Assembly (NCBI GenBank): GCA_964035545.1
Contig: CAXIUT010000124.1
Location: 59,701 to 85,310, forward strand
DNA length: 25,610 nt
Reading direction: 5' to 3'
Source: Bugula neritina
Lineage: Eukaryota > Animalia > Bryozoa
Each line of letters opens with the position of its first letter. The stretch's first letter is position 1. The notes below the pieces were generated by a model. The model saw nothing but the letters and a program-made list of their open reading frames with translations. It was not told the DNA's origin and made no database searches. Positions 13,209 through 25,610 of this stretch are shown piece by piece. The translations under genes were made by a program, and so were the position numbers.

Positions 13209-13429
13209 TTATATCTTTTTATCAAATTTTTATTATATCTAATTTTATTATCCATACTTAATATTCTAAGTCTTAAGTCTTAAATAATAGTTTTATAATC
13301 AAGAATTACTGAACAAAAAGGATAAAGAATTGACGTAAAGAAGACTAAATTTTGATTATTTTGATAGAAAAAGTAATATTAGTTAAATAGCTTAAGCTTG
13401 ATACGTTTGTATAATAAATATATTTTTTT

Positions 13430-14704
13430 ATGTAATCAAGAAAGAATCGTATTACAAATATAAAAGATTCTTTGAAAAAGATGACTATTTTATCTAAAAA
13501 TAGCATTAAAGTATAGGCAAAAGAATAAAAAAATAGACATCGACGACAAAGTTTGCAATTAGCTTTTGATGAAGTTTAGTCGGAAAAATTATTAAGAAAA
13601 TTTTCAGAATAAGATTAAGAATAAGAAAAAAGCATGACTAACAGCTTTGAATAAAAATACATTTTACATGAAAAAGTAGGAGAAGGAGGTAATGCTTTAG
13701 TTTGCACATGCTAACATAGGAAAACCAATAAAATTTATGCTGTAAAGAAAGTAAAAATGGATTAATAGCATTACCAAGAATTAAAGAAGAACTTCATTAA
13801 TATCAAAGTACTAAAACATCCGAATCTAATCAAGTATTGTGCACTTTACTTTGATCTTTAAAAACACTTAGCATACCTTATAATGTAGTATTTTCCTTTT
13901 CAAAACCTTCTATAATTAAACCTTAAAGATGAAAGCTAGTTCCAAATAATCATAACAGAAGTACTTACAGCCATTGTATATCTCCATTAAAATAATATAT
14001 GCCATCGAGATATAAAACCCTAAAATATTCTATACGACCCATTTTCTAAAAGAATTAAAATAATTGCCCAACCCCAACCCCAACCCCAACCCCAACCCCA
14101 ACCCCAACCCCAACCCCAACCCCAACCCCAACCCCAACCCCATATTGCACCAGAAATACTTATGGGAGGAGGCTATGATGAACAAGTAGACCTTTGGTCA
14201 GTTGGAATTACACTGTATAAACTAGTAACAGGATATACACCTTTTGAATGTGAGTATCATGGTGAAACAATCAATAGTATTATAAAAAGTTAACCTAATT
14301 TTGATAGATCTATTTGGCAAAACTACAGTTTTTTCATCAAAGACCTTACTCATCGTCTTCTCAAACATAAAAAATAAAGGTTGTCGGCAAAAGAAGCTTT
14401 GAAACATCTCTGGATTACTCAAGCGAGTGAAGGGAAACAGCTCAGAAGAGGATCATAAAATAACCATGAAATCAAAATGACAAAGCACTAGTCAGGAAAT
14501 TTGAAATTCTACCCATTTGAAGGGCAATAGTAAAGTGTTCATAGAAAAAATGCATCATCTAAGGAATAAGGATAAAAAAGTAATGAAAAGACAAATGATG
14601 GATAACCTCCAAAATTAAAAATAACAAAGCTAACTCTTTTATAAAACAAATAGTTTGATTTAAGTGATAGTTAAGAGTAAACATCACCTGGTACTTCAAA
14701 ATGA
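13430..14704 (+). CDS. Ser/Thr protein kinase (CAMK-like) whose DFG/activation segment is replaced by a telomeric tract
   Basis: VGEGGNALV, YAVKK, HPNLIK, IMEY, CHRDIKPENIL, RIKII-[tract]-IAPEIL, VDLWSVG; both halves in one frame. Start codon uncertain. Confidence 0.9.
14067..14142 (+). repeat. Internal telomeric tract (CCCCAA)n, 76 nt, within kinase CDS
   Basis: Perfect C4A2 repeats in left-end orientation. Confidence 0.98.
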
Positions 14705-14807
14705 AATGATCAATTCTAGAATTTATAGTATTCTTTTCAATTATTAACTATATTAATGATAATTATGTCAATTATATGATCATTATAATCAATTAAACAG
14801 TTAGATA

Positions 14808-15771
14808 ATGATTCACATATAAAAAAAGAAACGCAATCACTCAGGATCAAGATCAGTAATTATTTAGTAAGTTAAGAAATCAAAAAAGTATCGAGGAAAT
14901 GAATATTCAGTTGATGTAAGAGTAAAACATAGTGGAGAAGGCACTAAAGTTAAAACATAAAATAGTTGTAGTTTAAATAAATCAAGGCCTAGTAGAAAAA
15001 ATTCATCCAAACAACAAAAGAAACATACGTATAATATTCAATATCAAGTAAATCCAATAACAAAGAATCCAAAGTATTTGCTCTTATATGCAGGATCAAG
15101 CCAGTCACTCCATTTCAGCAGATAGACGAAGATCAATCATCAAACTTAATCATACCTAAGCCAACTTTTAAAACGAATAATTCTAACAAATGATAGATCA
15201 AGTTATTATGAACCTGAGAAGCATACCTCAACCACCCTGTCTCAATTCTAATTTGTTTAAACAATATTTCAATAACATCAAAAGATACTATAATCATCTT
15301 GAAGGTCCTTTTCATCGATTATGTCTAGAACTACATACTGTGTATATGAATCCCATACAAAAGTTTTTATAACTACTTACACCTATGGAAGATGCTATCA
15401 GAAAAAAAGAATAAATAGCTACGTAAATCGATAGACAAATCGTTCAAAATGAAGAACTGTATTAGAAACTATAGCCAATCGATATTTAAATATTCAAACT
15501 AAAAGAAAAAATAGAATAAAATAGAATGATTATCTAGTAAAAAAGACAACTAAAATAACTTAAACTAAAAGAAAAATAAACATCATCTTAAAATATACCT
15601 AGTTAATAATCTAAATAAGCAAAAGCATAACCAATAGGTAAAGGCTTTAAGCTAGACCTGAATAGTATCGGGCAACTAGGGCATATGGATTATCATGAAG
15701 AGTTCTATTCTAAAATAGATTAATTTAGCTAGTCTTGGAGATAACTAGCTCTCAAATAAAAACGTTATTGA
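14808..15771 (+). CDS. Hypothetical coiled-coil protein; introns 15029-15048, 15074-15093
   Basis: Two 20-nt GT-AG introns join the frames. Includes ORF-track fragment 15190-15372. Ends DYHEEFYSKIDEFSESWRELALKEKRY-TGA. Confidence 0.75.
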
Positions 15772-15811
15772 ATGATATGTTAATTTATAAATCTCAAAAA
15801 CAATGAATTTA

Positions 15812-18121
<2,310 letters not shown>

Positions 18122-18188
18122 TGTAACGACTATAATATCATCATATTAAATAAATATCTCAGAAGTATTCACTCATGTTGAAACAATA

Positions 18189-19099
18189 TCATTAGATTTG
18201 ATCATCCTACCGAATCAATGTTAAATTTATGTTATAAATATGCTATTGCTCGATATCCTTCATACTAAACCAAACCTTTGATTCTATCTAACTCCCAAAA
18301 TAGTTTATCTCCTCCTCATTCTACACTTATTGTTCGATATTCTTATCATTCATCAATGTAAAATGGTCTGATTATGTTGATTATATATCTACTATGTTTG
18401 CCTAGTTTGTATTATTCTAGCTTTTCTTACTTTAGATATTTTGGCTTTTTTTTCTAAATAAGATTAAATATACTCATAGCTTGTTATTAGTCTTAAAATT
18501 TACTAGTATAGCTATCTTGTTTCCCCTTTTAAAGCTTGTTTGTTTTGTCTTGTAGGTTTCCATTCAGCGAACTAAAGAACCAACTTCATAATATCTTTCT
18601 AATTTATAAAATACCTTCATAAATTGGTAGATTCTGTGCTGCTTCTAGAAAATAAGTCAAAGCAGCAGGTTTTAAATTTCTCATTCTTCTAGTACTATCT
18701 TTGTATCCAAAATGTTTATCCATTCTTCTCAATGATCTTCTCACAGTCGAATAAAAGTGATTTTTTACAGAATTGTCTGTTCTTCCTGAAAGCAACTGAG
18801 CGATTTCTTTCCATTTATTTCCAAGTCGAGAGTGTGCTTAAAATAAATCTGCTTCTTCTTGAAGATTCCAAGGTGCTTTAGTGATATTTGGTGATAGTTG
18901 ATTATACCATCTTGGTTATAAGATTGATACCTTTATCGAATTTGTTTAGAAGTTCTATTGGTAGATAAAGAATTTTTGACTTCGCTAGCAATAGTGGTCC
19001 ATTGGTTGTTTCCATATTTTTGGATCAAGGCAAGGATGACTGTATCTTCCTAGATTCACTTATGAGTACCTATGGAGTCCATAATTTTCGATTTGCCAT
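18189..19099 (-). CDS. R2R3-type Myb transcription factor; introns 19050-19069, 18911-18930, 18595-18614, 18454-18473
   Basis: WTPEED...YGNNQW...[23 protein letters not shown]...[27 protein letters not shown]. 3' exon structure less certain. Confidence 0.92.
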
Positions 19100-19252
19100 T
19101 TCTTGTTTTATAAACGACTGTTAAGATATCAACGAGTATCACATCTATCATAATCATAAAATTTACAAATAAGAAAACTATTTCTTTAATATCAATTAAA
19201 AAAAGCAACTTATTTAGTTCTTAATATCCCCGTTAAAATTTAATAGTAAATA

Positions 19253-19936
19253 ATGAAGGTTTATTCCAGTGCTCGCAATCAAAGAAAATCAATTATCCTT
19301 AATTAATCGCTTAAAGCTAACTTAGAATCTCTTGCTCTTATGTTCAAAAATCAAAACTCTCAAACCTTATCTCTCACCCCATCTATTCAATCTCTTGATG
19401 CATAATCATAGGCATTAAGTCTGGCCCGATAATTTGTCGGAGCTTTAAATGACCCATATCGAGCTATGCTTATTTATCCTCTTATCTTAGATACACACTT
19501 TACATACCCCACTGATCTTCTCTTTAATCAAACCACATTCTCATCAGAACTTCATCCTCTTCTGAGTCTCTATCTTCATAAAGCATCCGGCTATGAGCAA
19601 CTAGAAAGGAATGGAAGACGAATTATCGATGTTTTTTATCACTATATTGCTATAGAAGCACCAGAGGTTATCGATGAATGGTTGAATAGAAATTAAAATA
19701 AATCTTTAGGATAATGGTTCTTTAGTTAATGCATTGCTGGATTTTTTCAACTGATCTATAAAGATAAAAAAGATTTCACTGTTTTTATCACCCATTTCCT
19801 TAGATAAGGAATCGCATATTTATTATTGGCTGGAGTAAATGCCTTGAAAAATACTGGACCTCCCTAAGTTGATGAAATAGTAATATAAAGAGTCAGACTT
19901 TCATTTGTACTAAAATATAAATTGGAATATCATTGA
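19253..19936 (+). CDS. Hypothetical protein, 227 aa
   Basis: Open ATG to TGA frame under UAR=Glu containing ORF-track fragment 19466-19696; no domain recognised with confidence. Confidence 0.75.
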
Positions 19937-19980
19937 TTCATCGTATTTATTTTGAGTTATCAATCAATTAATAAATATTA

Positions 19981-20880
19981 ATGAGTATTGAAGATTAATT
20001 TGAGTCCCAGTTGGAAGGAGTTATTTCGAGAGTACATCAGTTTCTTTCAAGCAATTTTACTCTTATCTCTTAAACTCGAGACCTCAATTCGAACTAAAAC
20101 TCACTTCTACTCGAACTTGATAAAAATTCACCAAAATATCGGCAATTAGCAGGAGCTTTAGCAATCGAATCCTACACTCAATATATAGTTCAACTTCTAT
20201 CAGGTTGCTAGCCTTTACTAGAAATCACTGCTTTAATATTTCAAAATCTTTAAGAAGCAAGATCATTTGCTGCTTAAATCTAAACACAAGAATTATCTAA
20301 CATGCTTTAGTAAACATGGCTTAATCTTGGTAAATTATCAGAAGTAACTCATAAACTGTTTCCAAGAAGTCCAATGGTTGCTATCCACAGAAAATATATC
20401 GAATAATCTGGAAGTGATCCTTCTGATACCATTTACGGACGTCTCTATGAATAAAATTTGGAGTTAAAAAGCAAACTTTAACAAAATGACAGACATTTGC
20501 TTGATTTAGAACTTAAACTAACTAAATTACTACAATAACATGACGGATGTGATGGAACTGTTAACTCTTCTTTGAAATTTTTATAAATAAGAGAACAACT
20601 ATCAATTAAAAATGAAGAAATTGAAAGAATGAACGAATAATTTGCAACCTAAATTTAAAAATATAACACTGTATACGAAGCAATGAAAAGATAAATATAA
20701 GATCTAAAAGATTTCAAAGAGGCAGATTTAGTAGAGTTAGTTGAAAGACTATAAACTGAGATAGTGAAGCTAAGAGAAGAAAAGGAAAGAGATGAATCAA
20801 TTATTCGAGAACTTCGAGAAAGAGGAACATTTACATCCCCACATAAAAAACCAATTTCATACTCTAGAGTTTACTATTGA
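19981..20880 (+). CDS. Hypothetical protein with C-terminal coiled coil, 299 aa
   Basis: Intronless 900-nt ATG to TGA frame; E/K/L-rich C-terminal half. Confidence 0.8.
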
Positions 20881-20936
20881 CCTGATTATATCGCACAATT
20901 GATATTATTATTATCTATTATTATTCTTTGTCTAGA

Positions 20937-22295
20937 ATGATTGTTGACAAGTAGTCAAAACCATCACATAAATTGACCATCCTTTGCCCTCTCTGCGGAA
21001 TAAAATTCACTCCTGTTGATACCAACAATATCTGTCAATCTTGTACCCTTGCTTCAATCTAATAAGAAAAAATACTTACTCCAACAACAGAACAGCTCTT
21101 TTGCAGCTACTGCTAAAGATACTAAAGACCACCTTGGGTTAATTGTTAAAGAGAAAGTCCATAATTGCTTGGAATTTTATTAAAAAAAATAAAAGGATTA
21201 GCAAAGCTATAAATAAAGTCAGCCAAATTTGTTTGGACATAACCTCACAGCAAAAGAATTAAAATAAAGATATAATTTATCAGAAATATTAACTAAACAA
21301 TAAAAGTTCAACAAACTTAAATAGTTGAGTTTATTTAGAGATACACTCAATGCAATGACTGCAAAAAACAATTTACTCCTCATGATTGGGGAACTCTCAT
21401 TCAAATCAGACAACATTCTAATCGAAAAAGAACCCTCTAAGCTTTATAACAAAATTTACTGAGACAAAAATGGATCAGTAAAGCATTGAAAGTATAAACT
21501 GTCGAAGGAGGTTTCGATTTACACTACAAAAATGAGCATGAAGCAAGTACTTGTATATCATATATAAAAAATCACGTTCCAGCAACCTATAAATCAAGTA
21601 GTCAAATGATATCTCATAATGAAAAAGATAATACAAGCCATGTCAAAACAACTCATGTTTTTGTAATACCTAATATCAACAAAGATGATCTCCTACTTAT
21701 GCATCCTAAATATTGTAAACAACTGGGAAACTGTTCACCTCTTCTGTTGTGTATCAAAGTCAGCTCGCAACTTTATTTCCTTGATCCCACCTGCAATAGA
21801 AAATTAACTATCAGTCCTTTTGATTTCTTTAGTCTCTTACCCTATGCTGATATCTACAACTTCCAACATTTTGGAAGGAAGTTTATCATTCTGGATAATT
21901 AAGGAATCAGGAATTAATAAAGTCATAATACAGTTGCGACTTGGGGAATTGTCTTAACTAGATAAGAATAAATGAAATAATAATTTGTACGTAGCCACTT
22001 TAATTGCTAGTAAGGTCAATAAGTTCAAGGCTATAGTTTAGAAGAGTGGTCATATATCAAAAATATGCCAAATTATTTGTTAGTTAAAAAAATAAGAACC
22101 TAAGAATAGTTGGCAAAGAAAAAGATGAATAAAGATAAAAAAAAGAAAGAACAAAGAAATTAAAAGAAATAGTAAAAATAGAAATAAAGTAAAGAAGTAT
22201 CAGTTTCTAATATACCTAAATCTGAGTAATTCTAAAAATAAAAGCCATAAGATGAAGAATGGTTCGACCTTGAAGAAGATTAAGATGATCTTTGA
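20937..22295 (+). CDS. NMD3: 60S ribosomal export adaptor NMD3
   Basis: Four CxxC pairs (CPLC, CQSC, CSYC, CNDC), RPPWVNCERESPELL..LLKKIKGL, FVWTEPHSKRIK, W..LIQIRQ. Confidence 0.93.
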
Positions 22296-22359
22296 TTCGC
22301 TATATATCCTTTTTTTAATAATTATTTATCATTGAATTAAATATAAGTAATTTAGACTA

Positions 22360-23928
22360 TCAATTCTATTTTTTACCTTTTTTCTAATAATAATCAAAAG
22401 GTAAAGTCAAAGATTCTGGAATACCATTTACTTTACAATAATAACTATTTAACTAATCAAACTATATAGTTTTTGACCTATCAACATCAATATAATTAAA
22501 TATAGACACAATTTCTTCTTCAGTAAAAGATGTATTCAACCTCTTCATAATTCTCTCAAATTCAGTAATAGTCAATTATCCACTTCTATCAGTATCATAG
22601 GCATTGTATGTAGCATATAAAGATAAATTTTTATTAGTTAAAATTTTGTATAATTTAACAAAACACTTTTTAACCTTTATTTATAAATCTGAAGCCATTG
22701 TGTTCTTTTATTAGCTGCCAACTGAAGGAAATTGCTTCATAAATTTTTAATTTTATTCTTAGTTATTTTTATTAAAAGATATTCTGTGCTTTAACATTTC
22801 TTAAGAAAGTTCTTACATTGAAATTGATCCATCAGCATTCACATCCATCTTTTAGAAAAAAAAATTGACTTATTTTTTTGTTATTTTAGGATGAATATGC
22901 TTTAAAAATAGAGAAAATTCATCATAGTTTAGTTCTTTTTGATTTTTGAAACCTAAACCATCAATCAGTCTATATAAATCTATATTTCTAGAGTTAATTT
23001 GAAATCTTAACTATCCCATTACTCTTTTCAACTGATCTTAAAAATGTTTATTCTATAAAGCATATTGTTCAAAATATCCATCAAAAATAGGATGCAAAAA
23101 GACCTAATCCCATGATATCCTAGAATTTTAATCTAACTTTAATGTTTTTTCAATAAAATCTTTACTTTCAGGTCTTAAACTAGGATCAATAACCAACTAT
23201 TTTTTAGATATATTGTTAATAAGTTCATATTCAGTACTAGCAGTCCAAGGAGTTCTACCATGAATCATCTCATAAAAAATAAAACCAATCGCCCAAATAT
23301 CACACTTAGAAGTATACGGCTAAGATTTAAGTATTTAAAGAGGCCAGTAGAGAGGAGTCCCTACTGCTGAGGCATTTTTTATTCTTTTAGTTACATTCTT
23401 TTTCGCAAAACCAAAATCTCCAATTTTAATACTTCCCTTACTCATCAACAAATTAGCTGGTTTAATATCTCTAAGTGTATAAGATGGTACCGATGCACGA
23501 TTCCCTATTTAGTTAGAACAAGAAATCCACTACAAATTTGTTTAAGAAAGAGAATAGCTTATTCTTCACTGATTTTATGTTTAATTTTAAGATATTTTTA
23601 AAGATCAGAGTCACATATTTCTTGAATTATATAATAATTGTTGCTACTTTCCATCACGTCCATCACCTTAACTATGTTATCTGATTTAAGCATCTGCATT
23701 ATCTGAATCTAAGAAAATAAAGCTGATTTCAAATAATCATCATGATCAACTATATCTAACAACTATTACTTAACTTTTTCTATATCACCTTTACAGCACA
23801 CTCTTTTTTTGTTCCATCCTGCTCGCCCCGAAAAACCTTCATACACTTACAAGTACACAACCATAAGAACCTCGACCCAAGGTCTCTTTCATATATATCA
23901 AGTAACCATTTATTTTTTTTTGACTCAT
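22360..23928 (-). CDS. Ser/Thr kinase with C-terminal EF-hands; introns 23837-23856, 23750-23769, 23471-23490
   Basis: LGRGSYG, CAVK, FSEI, HRDIKPAN, IGDFG, GTPLYWPLEIL, KCDIWAIG; EF loops DVNADGSISMEE, DTDRSGELTITE, DVDRSKTIEFDE. Confidence 0.95.
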
Positions 23929-24080
23929 TCTTATGCTTTTTGAATTATTATAAAACCCTACTTCTAAATAATTAATCAACCACTGAAATAGAATAATAAT
24001 TAATTTGTTCTTTGATTATTAATATTTGATGTAGTTTACGATTATAGTTTTAATATTTTATTAATAGATAAATATCCTAA

Positions 24081-24359
24081 ATGAACACTGAAGAAGTAGT
24101 CGAATATGCTAAAAAATAAATAGCTAAATCTTTTAGAAACTTTGATGCTGATAAGTCTGGAATTCTTTAAAAGAATTAATTCGGTCAACTTATCAAACAA
24201 CTAGCTAAAGCGTTTCATGTTGAGTAGCCTTCCTTTGCAGAAATAGACGCCCTATCAAAGGCTTTAGATGTGAATGGAGATGGCAAAATAACTAGATAAT
24301 AGTTCTAAAAACTAATAGAATAAGTTGTAGAAATCATCAAAGAATCAAAAAGCTAATGA
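24081..24359 (+). CDS. Small two-EF-hand calcium-binding protein, 92 aa
   Basis: Loops DADKSGILEKNE and DVNGDGKITREE; position-12 Glu encoded by TAA and TAG respectively. Confidence 0.92.
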
Positions 24360-24479
24360 CTTGATCTACATATTAAAATATCTAAATCAGTTAATTAGTT
24401 AAAATTAAGTAAATAATCTTTATTTTGACTTAAACTATTAAGTTAATCTATTTTTAATGGAATAATATAATCAGTAATA

Positions 24480-25441
24480 ATGTAGGCGAATTGTTTAATA
24501 TTTCCATCTCCAAACACCCACTCAGTTCATCAAATCAAAGTAATAACTATTATATCCAGGACAAAGTAGTTCTAATTCCCAGAAATTCATAAATCAATCA
24601 CCACACTCAATACAGTACATTATCATCAAAAGAAAAAGTATATAAAAATGATCCTTTCGGATAGTTCCTCAATTGCCTATCGACCAATATCAACTAAAGA
24701 ACAACTAAAATATAAGAAAAAGGAGTATATGTCTAATAGTACAATACTAGACTACCTGAAAACATCAGTTTTTAGGGAAGTATCTCCATTCAGTAAAAAG
24801 TCGATTTTAATCAATAAATACCTTGTCTTTTTTTACCAGGTTCTAAAGATAAACTTCTGATCTTCTTCCATGCAAATGGCTAGGATATATCTTCAGCATA
24901 CTAATTTCTAAAATTAGTTAACTTAGAAACAAAGTATCCTATTCTAGCAATCTAATATAGAGGCTATAGCATATACTAAGGAACAACAACTCCATAAAAC
25001 ATTCAAACAGATGCAATTAGAGTCATTTAATTTCTAGAAATGAATAAATTTCCAACTCAAGATATCATTTTGTTTGGTAGATCTATTGGTTGTGCCATTG
25101 CTTTATCATTAACTAAAAAATATTCAATATATAGTTTAGTATTGCTAAGTCCATTTACTTCATTGAAAAAAATAGCTTCAGATCTTTACTGTAATTGTGC
25201 AGGATCACTTCTAAAATAATCATTTGATAATTAATAAATATGTAAGAATCTATAATGTCCATTATTGATTATTCATGGTGCACAAGATAATTTAGTACCT
25301 TTCTAGCATTCAATAGAATTGATATCAAATTGTCAGGCTTATAGTAGACTAAAGATAGTCTAGAATATGACTCATACCAAATTTAATTTCAAAACAGATT
25401 TTATCAGACATCTATCTCGATTTTTAATAGATATTGAATGA
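24480..25441 (+). CDS. Alpha/beta hydrolase (ABHD17/ABHD13-like); intron 24540-24559
   Basis: LIFPSP, FFHANGEDI, AIEYRGYS, LFGRSIG (nucleophile elbow), LLSPFTS, IIHGAQDNLVP, MTH. Confidence 0.93.
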
Positions 25442-25506
25442 TTTTTTGAAATTATTTTTAATAAGATATCACAATAGTATATTTCAATATTTAAAAAGAA
25501 TAATAA

Positions 25507-25610
25507 GGGGTTGGGGTTGGGGTTGGGGTTGGGGTTGGGGTTGGGGTTGGGGTTGGGGTTGGGGTTGGGGTTGGGGTTGGGGTTGGGGTTGGGGTTGGGG
25601 TTGGGTTGGG
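25507..25610 (+). repeat. Right telomere (TTGGGG)n
   Basis: G4T2 repeats to the end of the sequence, with one TTGGG variant near the tip. Confidence 0.99.

Noticed and set aside
24354-24359. TAA directly before TGA (also at 18189-18194) suggesting context-dependent TAA termination
   Set aside because: Only two cases. TAA is an abundant Glu codon here and every gene has a proper TGA.
25441-25506. Conserved chromosome-breakage motif near telomere junctions (Euplotes-like TTGAA ~20 nt inside the right end)
   Set aside because: Not present at an equivalent distance from the other three junctions, and no Tetrahymena Cbs was seen; likely chance in AT-rich DNA.

Overview
A telomere-to-telomere, gene-dense ~25.6 kb ciliate macronuclear chromosome, capped by (CCCCAA)n at 1-93 and (TTGGGG)n at 25507-25610. 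Invariant residues in many proteins show that TAA and TAG both encode Glu and TGA is the only stop. This is the peritrich-type code (NCBI table 30), so the supplied standard-code ORF track is mostly fragments or antisense shadows. Retranslated by hand, the window holds about 19 protein genes: an IS630/Tc1-like transposase with a degenerate catalytic site, two Myb factors, two LRR proteins, a TTLL, a kinesin, three kinases, NMD3, an EF-hand protein, an ABHD hydrolase and several orphans. Almost all inferred introns are exactly 20 nt (GTA...A-nnn-AG). The main hidden feature is a telomerase RNA gene at ~9347-9522. It has a CAACCCCAA template matching this chromosome's own telomeres, stems I/II/IV, a pseudoknot, an upstream CCCATAA element and a T5 terminator. 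Two internal (CCCCAA)n tracts (5680-5768 and 14067-14142) point to alternative chromosome fragmentation; the second replaces a kinase activation segment in frame. All gene models were read by eye, with no database searches.
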